Counted from the stretch's first letter, positions 45,924 to 55,995 are shown. The stretch: DNA of 64,000 nucleotides from a virus (IMGVR_UViG_2974615235_000001:1236-65235); one strand, 5' to 3'. Numbers and translations: made by a program. The notes: generated by a model not told the origin, from the letters alone.

Positions 45924-46517
45924 TTATTTTAAATTAATTTTAGTTTCTCTATAAATCATAAGCATTTCAAAAGCAGCTCGACCATTAATAAAACTTGAAA
46001 TAGACGTTCTACTTCTTCCTAGAGCTTTTGCTATTTCATTAATAGAGTAACCTTTATGTTCTAGGATTGCAATATTTTTAGCGTCATTTTTTGTAAACCT
46101 ATTATACTTCCTCCCTACCTTGACGTTGTTAACTTTACCCGCAGAAACTCCATGTTGGATATTCTCAGAAGGCGTACACCACTCTAAGTTACATGCCCTA
46201 TTATCTTTATGATCACTATTAATATGATTTACTTGTGTTTTACTATCAGGGTTATCATTACCGCAAAAATGCTCTGCTATGAGTCTATGCAGATAATAAC
46301 TTTTGTACACCCTATTCCCGTAACAAAGCCTGATCGTTAGATATAAGCTTGTATGTTTAGATGGGGTCAATACTCTACCTTTTACAATCTTAGAGAATCC
46401 ATTTTTATTAACAACCTCTCTATCGAGAGAGCGAACTCTCCCTTCACTACTGACCTCGTATAAACCTTCAAAACCGTTCACTCCTTTCCAAGTCTCGCTA
46501 TTACTAGTGACAATCAT
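45924..46517 (-). CDS. HNH endonuclease (with NUMOD-like helix)
   Basis: 197 aa; GLYEVSSEGRVRS N-terminal, VNHINSDHKDNRACNLEW H-N-H core; C-terminal HTH-like KNIAILEHKGYSINEIAKALG. Confidence 0.65.
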   Translation of the reverse strand: MIVTSNSETWKGVNGFEGLYEVSSEGRVRSLDREVVNKNGFSKIVKGRVLTPSKHTSLYLTIRLCYGNRVYKSYYLHRLIAEHFCGNDNPDSKTQVNHINSDHKDNRACNLEWCTPSENIQHGVSAGKVNNVKVGRKYNRFTKNDAKNIAILEHKGYSINEIAKALGRSRTSISSFINGRAAFEMLMIYRETKINLK

Positions 46518-48966
46518 AATACGTTTTTCCTGTCTTATAACCCCCGTTCAAATCTATGGCAAATTGAGGGGGTTCTTCATTTGCAAAATGGTCAGGTCGC
46601 TTTTTATGATATAAATATATCTGTTTTGCAGACCAAGTATAAGCATCCCCCGTTAATTTACCTGCTTCATCCTCGTAACCTTTCTCTACCTCTAAAAGTA
46701 GTTCATCATGTACCGAGCATACTATTTTCATTTTATCAGAAAGTCCTAACTTTTTAACATCTTTTGACAATTTTATTGTAGCAAGTTTCTGTGCTAAAGC
46801 CTCAAAACCTTGGTCAATAGTGTTAAAAGATTTATGACTACTATTATTCCATAGCCAATAACCGAAAGCAAGAGGTAACATGAAACCACCTCCATACTTG
46901 TAAGTCTTCTCGTAGTATTTGAGAACGTCTATCACCGTGTCCAAACCCATCTGCTCTAAGAACTTTTCTTTAGCTTTAGCTCCATCCCTTTCAGATATAC
47001 CTACAGTCTTTCCTACTTTAGCACCACTAGCCCCAAATATGATCGAAAAAGAACCACCTTTGCTTTTCTTACGTTTTAAGCTCAACTTTTCTATAAGAGT
47101 GTGGTCTTGTGTACGTACAGCCTCTCTCCAATCCTCATCTGACACCATACCTAGCATACGCGTATTAACACAGTGCGCAGTTTCACCTACGTACTTACCA
47201 TCTTCGTCAAATTCCATGCCAGCCGCGACATTGTTGTAGTAATCCCAATTATTTGCATAGTATGCAGCTATAGATAACTGTGCAGACTTCATATCAATAC
47301 CGACTAGCACGTTACCCTCCTCCGCGATAATACAACTTCTAATCTCTTTCCCATACAAAGCAGATTCAGAGGGAGCATTTACCCAAACCCTGTGGGACGA
47401 CCTACCACTCCTCGTGGCAAAGTTATTCACTCCCGCAGGAATCCTACCATCCTCCCTAACATAACTTAGGATACCTTTGTTCTCAGGGTCTTTAAAGTTC
47501 TCTAAGAAATTACGTCTATGTTTGTACGTATTGTATTCAGCTATCTTCTTACCTAATCCTTCGGGCAACTGTTCGTAGTCGTCATCTGTTAATTTAGGAC
47601 TTGACACAAGGTACTCCCCTTTCTTAACAATCTTAACCAACTGATTATCGTAGTGAGCTTTACGAGGCCACCTAACCTCAGTATCTTCTTCTACTTTAAT
47701 GTAGTTGTCATTAACATCAGTTTTTAGATTCCATTCTTCAGCTTCTTTCCAACCAAGTTTAATTAGAAACCCTTTTACAACTTCATGTTGTGTTAGTTTA
47801 GAAGGCTCTATACTAATCCTTGTGAAAGCACCACAAACTATGTCAGTGTCCTCTGGCTCTAAATCAAAGTGGTTACATGTATTCTGATTTAATACTTTAG
47901 TTTCCCACTCTTCCTTATAAATATTCCACCCTTTAGTATCACCATGTTTACGTTTGATAACGTCTGTAACCTCTTTCTTGGTATCAAAAGAGGGAACTCT
48001 GCCTAATGTAGAGTGTTCAGCTTTCCATGCTTTATGTTTCTGAGTGTTATAGTATTTAACAGTAGGCTTATGAAAAGGTTTCTCAATGACATCTACAACC
48101 TCCCCGTCTTTTTTCTTTTTAATCCACTTCTCTCTAACCCTACTAGAGTCAAAACCAAACAACTCAGACATTTCTCTCCGACTTATTTTAGGAGTAGACC
48201 CTTTAATAGTGGGAGGTAATTGAGGTTCAATTTCTTTACGTAGTATCTCTAACTTTTCGTCTAAGTCTTTAATACAACGTCTAGCATGTTCAATGTCAAT
48301 CTTAACACCATTCTGCTCTTGGCGGAAACACTCAATAGCATACTGACCTTCAATATCTAATGCTACGGAGAAATCTACCCCGTACCGTTCTTTTAACAGA
48401 GAAGCTTCTTTCTCAAGCATTAAGTAGCAACTAGCTTGTATCTTACAATCCTCTATAACCCTGTGCATCTTGAAAGCGTCTATTGTAGTCCAGTCTGTTA
48501 TCTCAGGCTTATTCACACCACACTTAATACCGTAAGCTTTAAGACCATGAGGGCTTTTAGCACCTTTAGGTGTAGGACGTTCAAACCATTGTACTTTAGA
48601 CTGTACAAATGTGTCGTGGTAGTCCTTACGTTTAATAGTATTATCAGGCCATATCTTGTCAATTACGTGCTTATCGTAACCATACGCATTATGTATAATT
48701 AGCTTACTACCATTAGCAACTGCCTTCTCCCAGAACTTAATCCCCTCGTCCAATGTACCGACTCTGGCAGGGATTGTGTAAGTTTTATTATCGTACGGGT
48801 CTGTCACTTCTACATTGTCAAATTCAGGATGATCATGAAACAGTAATACCCCCTCTGTCTCTATATCAATAGAACAAAGACAATGTATATCTTTCTTAGT
48901 ATGAACTTTGTCATAGAAGCCTACCGCCTCAATATCTGAGGCAAGTAGTCTATTTTTATATTCCAT
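46504..48966 (-). CDS. DNA polymerase, family A (3'-5' exo plus polymerase domains)
   Basis: 820 aa; N-terminal exo motif DIETEG; motif A GIDMKSAQLSIAAY; motif C SVHDELLLE. Confidence 0.75.
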   Translation of the reverse strand: MEYKNRLLASDIEAVGFYDKVHTKKDIHCLCSIDIETEGVLLFHDHPEFDNVEVTDPYDNKTYTIPARVGTLDEGIKFWEKAVANGSKLIIHNAYGYDKHVIDKIWPDNTIKRKDYHDTFVQSKVQWFERPTPKGAKSPHGLKAYGIKCGVNKPEITDWTTIDAFKMHRVIEDCKIQASCYLMLEKEASLLKERYGVDFSVALDIEGQYAIECFRQEQNGVKIDIEHARRCIKDLDEKLEILRKEIEPQLPPTIKGSTPKISRREMSELFGFDSSRVREKWIKKKKDGEVVDVIEKPFHKPTVKYYNTQKHKAWKAEHSTLGRVPSFDTKKEVTDVIKRKHGDTKGWNIYKEEWETKVLNQNTCNHFDLEPEDTDIVCGAFTRISIEPSKLTQHEVVKGFLIKLGWKEAEEWNLKTDVNDNYIKVEEDTEVRWPRKAHYDNQLVKIVKKGEYLVSSPKLTDDDYEQLPEGLGKKIAEYNTYKHRRNFLENFKDPENKGILSYVREDGRIPAGVNNFATRSGRSSHRVWVNAPSESALYGKEIRSCIIAEEGNVLVGIDMKSAQLSIAAYYANNWDYYNNVAAGMEFDEDGKYVGETAHCVNTRMLGMVSDEDWREAVRTQDHTLIEKLSLKRKKSKGGSFSIIFGASGAKVGKTVGISERDGAKAKEKFLEQMGLDTVIDVLKYYEKTYKYGGGFMLPLAFGYWLWNNSSHKSFNTIDQGFEALAQKLATIKLSKDVKKLGLSDKMKIVCSVHDELLLEVEKGYEDEAGKLTGDAYTWSAKQIYLYHKKRPDHFANEEPPQFAIDLNGGYKTGKTYYDCH

Positions 48967-48969
48967 TTA

Positions 48970-50973
48970 TTATTCTCCATCAAAAGGGTTAATGTCCTCC
49001 TCCACATTATCAGGTTCAAATGGAGGCTTATCTTCATCTATGTTAGCAGGTTTTTTAGGTTTACTAAACTTTTTCTTTGGCTCGTTTCCCTCTTCGGAAG
49101 GGGGTTCACCAAAGAACTCCTCATAATCATGTATTGTATGAGATTCATTATCATAGTACCACATACCAGCTTTACCGCTGCGTCCTGTCCACCTACACTT
49201 AGGTACTTCTATCTCTGTGACATTCTTCATTACAGGATCTTCTGAGAGTTTATCCCTTGTAGCGAATATATTACAGCCACCACTCTTAGCGATATTAGAT
49301 ACACCTGAGAAGTCATCCTCTGTAAGCTTACGTACCACTCTATTGCCATTTTTATCAATGTGTGTCTTTCCTTTGGTAATATGACAAATATTAATAATAC
49401 TAATACCGTCAGAGATAATGCCCTTGAGGTATTTTATAAAAGCGGTCTGTTCTTCTAATGATACCCCTTCAAACAGGTCATTAATAGGATCTATTACAAT
49501 AAACTTACAGTCATACTTCTTAATGAGTTTGTCAATTTGTTTTTTAACGTCAACTAAAGTACCTTCCCTGCCATCTAGTAGTACATATCTAGGCTCTCCA
49601 TTGTCGTGTTCTCTTAGTTCCCTACGTTTCTCTTGTACCCAATCTTGTTGTACAAACTCTACTGCTTCTTTAGGGTCTTCTATAAGCTGTATCTTGTGAC
49701 CAATGTGCCTACTTAACATAGTAGTTTGATATTGACCTGCATTAAGTTCTAGCGAAAGGATACCTATTTTATAAGGAGAATTAAATATCCAGTAATAGAT
49801 CATCTCGTTAGCAATGGTAGTCTTACCTCCACCTGTTTGCGCCCCAAGATTAACTAAATACCCTAAAGGTATCCCCCCCGCCATTAGTTTCTGAAGCTCC
49901 TTCATAAAGCTAGGGAGAGGAATCTTAGGACGAGACAATTCTATCTCCATCTCATCATCAGCGTCTTTAGAGGTTTTAACTGTGTCAGGTATATAAGGTT
50001 TAGCATTGTAGAAATCACGTATAAATTGCTTATGCTTTCCTTTCTGTAGCATATCATTAGGGTCTTTACCAGACCACGTTACAATATGTACTTTCTCCGC
50101 TGGTAATACATCAATACAGTTAACTAAGGCTTCTTTACCTGCTTTATCAGAATCTAACGCAAGGTAGATGTTATCAAAGGTATCTATCCAGTCATATTGT
50201 GCTGAAAGTTGTTTATACGCACTGCCTTCCCCTGTTGTAGGAGACACAATAGGAAATTGGTCATAGTCTTCTTGTCCTCTGGATTTGTTATACTCAGAGA
50301 ACATCTGATAAGCAGCCGCCTTATCCTCTTCTCCTCCTACAATTAACAGATATTTACCACCTCCTTTTTTCCAGCGCACTTGTCCAGAAAGTTGATTAGT
50401 GATTCCTGTTAAACCTAACTTGCCGTATTTGAAATTCTTAGGGTGGTTGCGGCATTTGAACCCTACAATTTTACCATCATTATCTGTTTCAGGATAATAA
50501 CGTGCTACAACCTCTCCTTGTTTATTTACTTTAGTGAGGTGTCCGTAGAATTTATTAGCTTCATCAGAAATACCTCTATAACCATGTCCTTTAAAGCCAA
50601 TCTCTTTCATAAAGTCTTTGGCTTCTTGTGTGGTTAAAGGTTCTGCTTTAGGTCGTTTTTGAAAAGTTTTCTTCTCTTTTACAGAGCCATCCTCTGATAC
50701 ACCTAATTCCTCCGCATGGCTAGATTTAGCAACCATTTCCTTAGAGAATACTTGAGCGCATGACCAACAATGTGCATCATAAGAAACTTCACCTTCTTCA
50801 TTTATATGTTCGTAGATGTCCATAGCATCAGAACTTCCACATTGTCTCAAACGAGGAAAGTCCTCAGAAAAGTTCTCTATAAGTTCATCCGCTATACAAT
50901 AGAACTTTTGGGATAGACGATCTCCTGATTCATATTCTTTATCTTCTTTCTTGTTCTTTGTAATCTTCTTCAC
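48970..50973 (-). CDS. primase-helicase (zinc-ribbon/TOPRIM primase fused to DnaB-like helicase, T7 gp4-like)
   Basis: 667 aa; N-terminal Cys4-type ribbon, central acidic TOPRIM-like region, Walker A GAQTGGGKTT, acidic C-terminal tail ...EEDINPFDGE. Confidence 0.7.
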   Translation of the reverse strand: MKKITKNKKEDKEYESGDRLSQKFYCIADELIENFSEDFPRLRQCGSSDAMDIYEHINEEGEVSYDAHCWSCAQVFSKEMVAKSSHAEELGVSEDGSVKEKKTFQKRPKAEPLTTQEAKDFMKEIGFKGHGYRGISDEANKFYGHLTKVNKQGEVVARYYPETDNDGKIVGFKCRNHPKNFKYGKLGLTGITNQLSGQVRWKKGGGKYLLIVGGEEDKAAAYQMFSEYNKSRGQEDYDQFPIVSPTTGEGSAYKQLSAQYDWIDTFDNIYLALDSDKAGKEALVNCIDVLPAEKVHIVTWSGKDPNDMLQKGKHKQFIRDFYNAKPYIPDTVKTSKDADDEMEIELSRPKIPLPSFMKELQKLMAGGIPLGYLVNLGAQTGGGKTTIANEMIYYWIFNSPYKIGILSLELNAGQYQTTMLSRHIGHKIQLIEDPKEAVEFVQQDWVQEKRRELREHDNGEPRYVLLDGREGTLVDVKKQIDKLIKKYDCKFIVIDPINDLFEGVSLEEQTAFIKYLKGIISDGISIINICHITKGKTHIDKNGNRVVRKLTEDDFSGVSNIAKSGGCNIFATRDKLSEDPVMKNVTEIEVPKCRWTGRSGKAGMWYYDNESHTIHDYEEFFGEPPSEEGNEPKKKFSKPKKPANIDEDKPPFEPDNVEEDINPFDGE

Positions 50974-51130
50974 ACACTACTCCTCGATAGTCACCCAATC
51001 ACAGTCAATAGTTACCCCTTCTAGGACTAGAGACACCTCCAGAACTCCCTCTCCTTCGCATTGAGAATCATAACCTACACTGATTTCTAAGTTCTGGTGT
51101 AAGTATTGTTTAATATCGTCTTTGTCCATA

Positions 51131-51388
51131 TCATCCTCCTAATTCACACATCACATCAATCTCATTTACTCGTAGGTCATGCTCCATAGAGGTTTCTCTA
51201 ACCCCTAAATCATCCCAATCCTCTTCATCAAACATATCCCTCTGATCCCCTCGTGTAAGCTCCTGTAATTGATTCTCAAGAGACTTTAGGTATTTCTTGT
51301 CCGATTGCACCTCTTTAGATTTAACCTCGATAGAACGCTTCACAGAAACGATTTTGTATTCTAATTCTTGTTTAGTCAACATCCACAA
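51131..51388 (-). CDS. hypothetical protein
   Basis: 85 aa. Confidence 0.3.
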   Translation of the reverse strand: MWMLTKQELEYKIVSVKRSIEVKSKEVQSDKKYLKSLENQLQELTRGDQRDMFDEEDWDDLGVRETSMEHDLRVNEIDVMCELGG

Positions 51389-51602
51389 CTCCTTCTAAAT
51401 CAACCTCACTAAGATGTACAAAAAGTGCATTTCTTTTTAAATGTACCCCCACATCTTCTCCTATATAAACTTCTACACGTACCCCATTCTCCGTGAAGCC
51501 TTTATAAACAATATGCCCGAAACCTTGTAAGAGGGGGTAAGGGTAACTATAAGGCTCTACGTAATTGATGTTTAAGTTAATCTTCATCCCTTTTCTCCTC
51601 AA
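51372..51602 (-). CDS. hypothetical protein
   Basis: 76 aa. Confidence 0.3.
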   Translation of the reverse strand: MRRKGMKINLNINYVEPYSYPYPLLQGFGHIVYKGFTENGVRVEVYIGEDVGVHLKRNALFVHLSEVDLEGVVDVD

Positions 51603-51795
51603 CCTTCTTATTAAGATATTCCAAGTTGTCTCTATTAGCCATCCCTTGTGCAGACGCTAGATTAGCGATACATGCTACGAAGAATATTCCTGCTAACGTT
51701 GCATCTGGGGCACAGAATATCCCAAAGAAACAAGCTATAGCAATGTAAAAGTTTAACTGGTGATACGCTCTGCTAGGGAGTCTGTCTTGTTTCAT
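51577..51795 (-). CDS. small membrane protein
   Basis: 72 aa; hydrophobic core. Confidence 0.3.
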   Translation of the reverse strand: MKQDRLPSRAYHQLNFYIAIACFFGIFCAPDATLAGIFFVACIANLASAQGMANRDNLEYLNKKVEEKRDED

Positions 51796-51798
51796 GTG

Positions 51799-52083
51799 TC
51801 ACTCCTCCATAGCTTCTATAGTACGTCTCACCTTGATGTTGTACTCTTTACAAAGGTGATACGTATAGAATAAATCAAAAACAAACAGAATGCAAGTGAT
51901 TACATATAAAACAGGAACAAACATACCAAAGAAGAATAACACTACATAAACAAGACCTCCTACATTATCCCCTAGATAAAACCTATGTAGCCCGACGCTC
52001 GCCAATAAAGCCCCTAACAAATAAGCAATAAACACATTCTTCTTACGTGAATCGTACAGTATCTCTTGTTGAAAATTAGTCAT
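51799..52083 (-). CDS. membrane protein (2 TM)
   Basis: 94 aa. Confidence 0.3.
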   Translation of the reverse strand: MTNFQQEILYDSRKKNVFIAYLLGALLASVGLHRFYLGDNVGGLVYVVLFFFGMFVPVLYVITCILFVFDLFYTYHLCKEYNIKVRRTIEAMEE

Positions 52084-52474
52084 TAGTTTTCTCCTCTTCT
52101 AAATACTTATCTAAAGTTTGCTCTATTAATTGTAGAGACTTGCCCCCAATATCTTGCACACGTTCACTGTCTACAATCTCCTCCACTCCATAGGCAGCTA
52201 ACATAGCGTAAGAAATTTCTTTTGTAGGGGTAAGTGTGAGAAATGCACCTGCCACTAAAAAACTACCTAAGAATCTTTTAGCCCACATCGTGTAAATAGT
52301 GTGCATATCTTTACTTAGGTCGTCATATCCTACACCTTTTATCAACAAACACACAAAAGTTGCGATTGCGGAAGCTCCTGCTATAAAACCTAAAGCCTGA
52401 TTCAGCTTCTCTACCAAACCTAACAAATAAACAATAAAAACTAAACTCATAATCTTCTCCTTAAATAATACCAA
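52076..52474 (-). CDS. membrane protein
   Basis: 132 aa, multiple hydrophobic segments. Confidence 0.3.
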   Translation of the reverse strand: MVLFKEKIMSLVFIVYLLGLVEKLNQALGFIAGASAIATFVCLLIKGVGYDDLSKDMHTIYTMWAKRFLGSFLVAGAFLTLTPTKEISYAMLAAYGVEEIVDSERVQDIGGKSLQLIEQTLDKYLEEEKTND

Positions 52475-52619
52475 CTTGTTTACAGAACCATAATCCTACT
52501 ATGAAAGAAAAAATGTAGCAAGGTAATTCTAACAATAATTTTGACTTCATGTTACGTGTCTCTATAGAAATTCCCATCAACAACAACCATAACGCCAATA
52601 CTAATGCAATGTAAATCAT
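52461..52619 (-). CDS. small hydrophobic protein (52 aa; below the ORF-track length cutoff)
   Basis: ATG at 52619 preceded by AGGAG 6 nt upstream (minus-strand ctttataggagataagattATG); 14-nt overlap with downstream gene start. Confidence 0.3.
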   Translation of the reverse strand: MIYIALVLALWLLLMGISIETRNMKSKLLLELPCYIFSFIVGLWFCKQVGII

Positions 52620-52630
52620 AATCTTATCTC

Positions 52631-52876
52631 CTATAAAGTTAAATTCTTAACAACAATTTTCTCACCACAACAAGGGCAAGGGTGTAGAGGGTGAAACTCT
52701 TGGGTATCATACTTATCGTAGTGAAACCATCCATCTCTCATAGAACCATCCATCTGTAGATAGTAATCATCTACATCAATCTTACTAGCTATTACATCTA
52801 AGTCTAATACACTTCCGCAGCTTTTGCAAGAGGTAAAGTTAAGATTCACCATAATTATTCTCCTCCCCATTCCCAT
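52631..52876 (-). CDS. zinc-ribbon protein
   Basis: 81 aa; CKSCGS ... CPCCGEK. Confidence 0.3.
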   Translation of the reverse strand: MGMGRRIIMVNLNFTSCKSCGSVLDLDVIASKIDVDDYYLQMDGSMRDGWFHYDKYDTQEFHPLHPCPCCGEKIVVKNLTL

Positions 52877-53154
52877 TGGTCATGTAACACCTGTAGTAGT
52901 TTTATAGTGTTACTTAAAGACCTCCTATTGTCAAATAACAAAGTAACTTGCTCCTCCTCAGAGGCCTCCTCTAAAGTTAGTGCCTTTTTATCTATACCGT
53001 CCTTACAGTAAGAGAACAAAAGACCTTTAAAATTCTCATCTTTTACAGTAAACATCTTCATTCTGCTGTCACCTAGGTAGAGGTGTGTGTTCATAATTGG
53101 TGTACCTTGCTCCACTCCAAAACTGTGAAATATCCCATACTGATTACTCATCAT
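52855..53154 (-). CDS. hypothetical protein
   Basis: 99 aa. Confidence 0.3.
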   Translation of the reverse strand: MMSNQYGIFHSFGVEQGTPIMNTHLYLGDSRMKMFTVKDENFKGLLFSYCKDGIDKKALTLEEASEEEQVTLLFDNRRSLSNTIKLLQVLHDQWEWGGE

Positions 53155-53165
53155 TACTCTCCTAT

Positions 53166-53570
53166 TTAAATTTCCAGTGCATCAACTAAAACCATCTTAT
53201 CAACAAGTGCCATAGATTGTACATCACTTTCTATAAGGAATTCTTGTGGTACTTTATATACTGAAATCTTAGCCACGTCTAACTCTCTTACATATCTTAT
53301 AGCGTCTTCATCAATATAGAACCAATCTATAAGTTGGTCTAAAGAACTAAAACAGAAACGGTACTTCTTAATTACACTTCCCACACAGTAAGGACGAAGA
53401 ACTGGGTCATAATGGGGCAAGGGATGTTTGTCTGCTAAGTATTCCCCTTTCCTAAACAAGATATTAGCTATGTAAGTGTCCTGCTCTTCTAAGTAACCAC
53501 CTCTATATGCACCATTATTTCCTGTTATTATATCTCCAGTTTTTGATTCTAATCTGTAAACAAGTGGCAT
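53166..53570 (-). CDS. hypothetical protein
   Basis: 134 aa. Confidence 0.3.
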   Translation of the reverse strand: MPLVYRLESKTGDIITGNNGAYRGGYLEEQDTYIANILFRKGEYLADKHPLPHYDPVLRPYCVGSVIKKYRFCFSSLDQLIDWFYIDEDAIRYVRELDVAKISVYKVPQEFLIESDVQSMALVDKMVLVDALEI

Positions 53571-53573
53571 AGT

Positions 53574-53771
53574 TTACTCTCCTTCCCCTAAGTAACTACG
53601 TAAATCACTCAAAGCTTCTTCATAATAAATAGATCCTTCTCTCCAAGTAGCCAAATCCTCTGCTACTCTTTCAAGACGTTTAACTTTAAGTTGTGTCTTG
53701 TTTAAAAGTTCAAACTTACTTTCATCGTCCAACTCGTTGAAGTATTCTCTTGTGTCTAGTGTTAATTTCAT
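53574..53771 (-). CDS. hypothetical protein
   Basis: 65 aa. Confidence 0.25.
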   Translation of the reverse strand: MKLTLDTREYFNELDDESKFELLNKTQLKVKRLERVAEDLATWREGSIYYEEALSDLRSYLGEGE

Positions 53772-54127
53772 AGTGACTCTCCTTCTAATTTTCTGAATAA
53801 GATAGCGTCACGCCTCTGCTCGTTGTAAAGGTCTCTTGTTTTAGGGTGAACTTGTAAAGCATAGTCCACACAAGCATGTCTAGAGACAAAACCCTCTACT
53901 TTCGTAGCTGTCTGTAGACAATCCTCTACGTCAGTTACCATCACAGTCCAACCTGCTTTATGTTTGTCCTTTATGACATAGCATATAAAGTGTTCCCCCA
54001 GAAAGAACTTTTTCCAATGATCCCAATTTCCATGCTTCTTAAACTCAAAATCGTAGGGTTTTCCATCTACGAAACCAAAGTACTTACTCATAATTACTCT
54101 CCCATTTAAAATCCTCTCTGCAATCAA
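53768..54127 (-). CDS. hypothetical protein
   Basis: 119 aa. Confidence 0.3.
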   Translation of the reverse strand: MIAERILNGRVIMSKYFGFVDGKPYDFEFKKHGNWDHWKKFFLGEHFICYVIKDKHKAGWTVMVTDVEDCLQTATKVEGFVSRHACVDYALQVHPKTRDLYNEQRRDAILFRKLEGESL

Positions 54128-54221
54128 TTCTAAGAGGACGTAATTCTTACCAATACCGTTGTATACTTAAAGGGTAGATCTCTTGTTATAGTGGCTTACA
54201 GGGCGTTATACGGCCACCTAA

Positions 54222-54488
54222 CTAACCTTCACCTAACTTCTGCAATTTCAATAAGTAAAAGGTAGTACAATCTAAATCTCCGAACACATCAGAATACACT
54301 ACATCTACCTCAATATGCCCATATTTATCTTCTTCCACGTTAACAACCTTCTTATGAGAACCTACTACACCTAGTTGTTCATAAATACAATCTGGGTGAT
54401 TAGCTAGTTGCACTTGGAAATGAGCATGACTTCTTACAAAATAGCCTGTACTACCTTCAATTGTTTTGTTTGTTGATACTAAATACAT
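54222..54488 (-). CDS. hypothetical protein
   Basis: 88 aa. Confidence 0.3.
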   Translation of the reverse strand: MYLVSTNKTIEGSTGYFVRSHAHFQVQLANHPDCIYEQLGVVGSHKKVVNVEEDKYGHIEVDVVYSDVFGDLDCTTFYLLKLQKLGEG

Positions 54489-54511
54489 AATTGTTTCTCC
54501 TAATTTAAGAT

Positions 54512-54970
54512 TTAAAAGTTTTCGTCTTCAACAGGTGTAGCTGCTGGTCTTCCAAATTCTCTACGAATAGATGCACAACGTTTGGAACACGACTTCCCAT
54601 ACCCACGTTTCAGGTCTGCAACACGGGCTTCATATACAAAGCCACAAGCACATTTCATCTTTTGTTTCTTACCGCGAACTGGTTTTTTATTTTGTCTTTT
54701 AGTTTCTGCAATTTCTTTACGTTTTGTTGCTCTTGAATTAAGTTCTTTATCAAGAATGTGAACCCATTCCCCCCATTTATCATCATCACATTCAAACGTA
54801 GATGAACCTGAGTGCATACGCGCCACTCTGAGTGCATTTTTTAAATGTGGCACTGACATTTGAGATACTGGAATGCTGTCGTTCCAGTGAGGTACACTTC
54901 TTGTTAACCCTTCATAAGCGGGGTCATACGTCATCTCGTACCCACCTGCATCTTCTGCGCCTTGTCCCAT
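54512..54970 (-). CDS. early protein with C-terminal basic Cys-rich (zinc-ribbon-like) tail
   Basis: 152 aa; first minus-strand gene downstream of the divergent promoter; CACGFVYE...CSKRCAS. Confidence 0.35.
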   Translation of the reverse strand: MGQGAEDAGGYEMTYDPAYEGLTRSVPHWNDSIPVSQMSVPHLKNALRVARMHSGSSTFECDDDKWGEWVHILDKELNSRATKRKEIAETKRQNKKPVRGKKQKMKCACGFVYEARVADLKRGYGKSCSKRCASIRREFGRPAATPVEDENF

Positions 54971-55043
54971 ATTACCGCCTAAGATTGTTTATTACGGAAG
55001 TCTACACCGCTAGATGGCTTCCATTTTCGATAACTTGTGATAT

Positions 55044-55072
55044 ACTATACACAGACATTAAGATGATGTCAA
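55044..55072 (-). promoter_or_regulatory. sigma70-type promoter for minus-strand early/replication operon (TTGACA-N17-TATAGT)
   Basis: Plus-strand tgtcaa 55067-72 and actata 55044-49 read as a consensus -35 and near-consensus -10 on the minus strand. Confidence 0.45.
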
Positions 55073-55301
55073 CAAGGGAATTCAAATAAAATGAAAATAG
55101 TAAATAATACATCGCATCAGGGAACAATCTTAAAAGATTTCCTTGACACAGAGTACGAATGTAGTTTAGAGTTATTCCACATTATCTTATTCCTGTCGAA
55201 GTTCTATGACTTTGTTATTGATGATGGGAATGTGGTAGTGTGTGATAAAGAGTAAATCTCTTATTAATACAGATACTTAATGTTAATTGTTAAAATAACA
55301 G

Positions 55302-55329
55302 TTGCATTTGAAAATAACTATGTTATAAT
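55302..55329 (+). promoter_or_regulatory. strong sigma70-type promoter (TTGCAT-N16-TGtTATAAT extended -10)
   Basis: ttgcat 55302-07, tataat 55324-29 with TG at 55321-22; about 20 nt upstream of the RBS of the HTH gene. Confidence 0.55.
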
Positions 55330-55349
55330 ATATACACGAGGTAGGAAAA

Positions 55350-55589
55350 ATGAACAACTACTTAGATAAGCTTAAAGAAAGCTTGATAGACCAAATGGTG
55401 AAAGCTATGAAAGAGAATAATATCTCAGCATACAGGGCAGCTAAAGAAAGTAATGTTAACCCTGCATACATGAGCATACTTCTAAACAAAAAATCGAATG
55501 CCACTTTAGACCGAATAATTACAATAGCGGAGGCTATAGGACTTAAAGTAGATGATATTATTTTTAGATTAGAGGTTGACAACAAGTAA
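55350..55589 (+). CDS. XRE/Cro-like helix-turn-helix transcriptional regulator
   Basis: 79 aa; HTH-like segment ISAYRAAKESNVNPAYMSILLN; first gene of the + strand early region; RBS GAGGTAGG. Confidence 0.5.
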   Translation: MNNYLDKLKESLIDQMVKAMKENNISAYRAAKESNVNPAYMSILLNKKSNATLDRIITIAEAIGLKVDDIIFRLEVDNK

Positions 55590-55599
55590 TCTATATGCT

Positions 55600-55715
55600 T
55601 TAATGTAAGAAATACCTATTGTTGTAAGGAAATGTGCGGTTTTACTCTACCCTAAATCGCAATACAAGTAATAAACAAAAGGGTGTAAGAAATACTCCTT
55701 ACAACAATACAATTA
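55600..55715. repeat. direct repeat GTAAGAAATAC (x2) plus inverted repeat tattgttgtaagg / ccttacaacaata
   Basis: 55606-16 and 55686-96 direct copies; 55616-28 versus 55699-711 inverted; in the 450-bp non-coding region after the HTH gene. Confidence 0.5.
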
Positions 55716-55840
55716 TACTTCGTCTTTGACCAGACGCTCCATCATACGTAATACTAGCCAGTGTTAGGCAAAAGTATGAGATAAACAGTGAATAACGGGT
55801 GATATAAAAACTCCTACGATTTTGGTAGGCTCTATCCCAA

Positions 55841-55995
55841 GGTGATAGTTTCCTTCTAAGGATGAAACCTTAGCAAACAACCACTGATAAAGAGTGTAAT
55901 TGTTACTAACAGTCTTGTACTGTAATCGTATGATGTTACCATGATAGTGATAGTTCTAAAGGGACAATCTTTTAAAGGTGTCTCTCCTATCACCC
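55841..55995. repeat. GTGATAGTT motif repeats (two direct including tandem gatagtgatag, one inverted ctatcacc)
   Basis: 55842-50, 55942-55, inverted at 55988-95; operator-like arrangement upstream of the 56042 gene. Confidence 0.4.
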
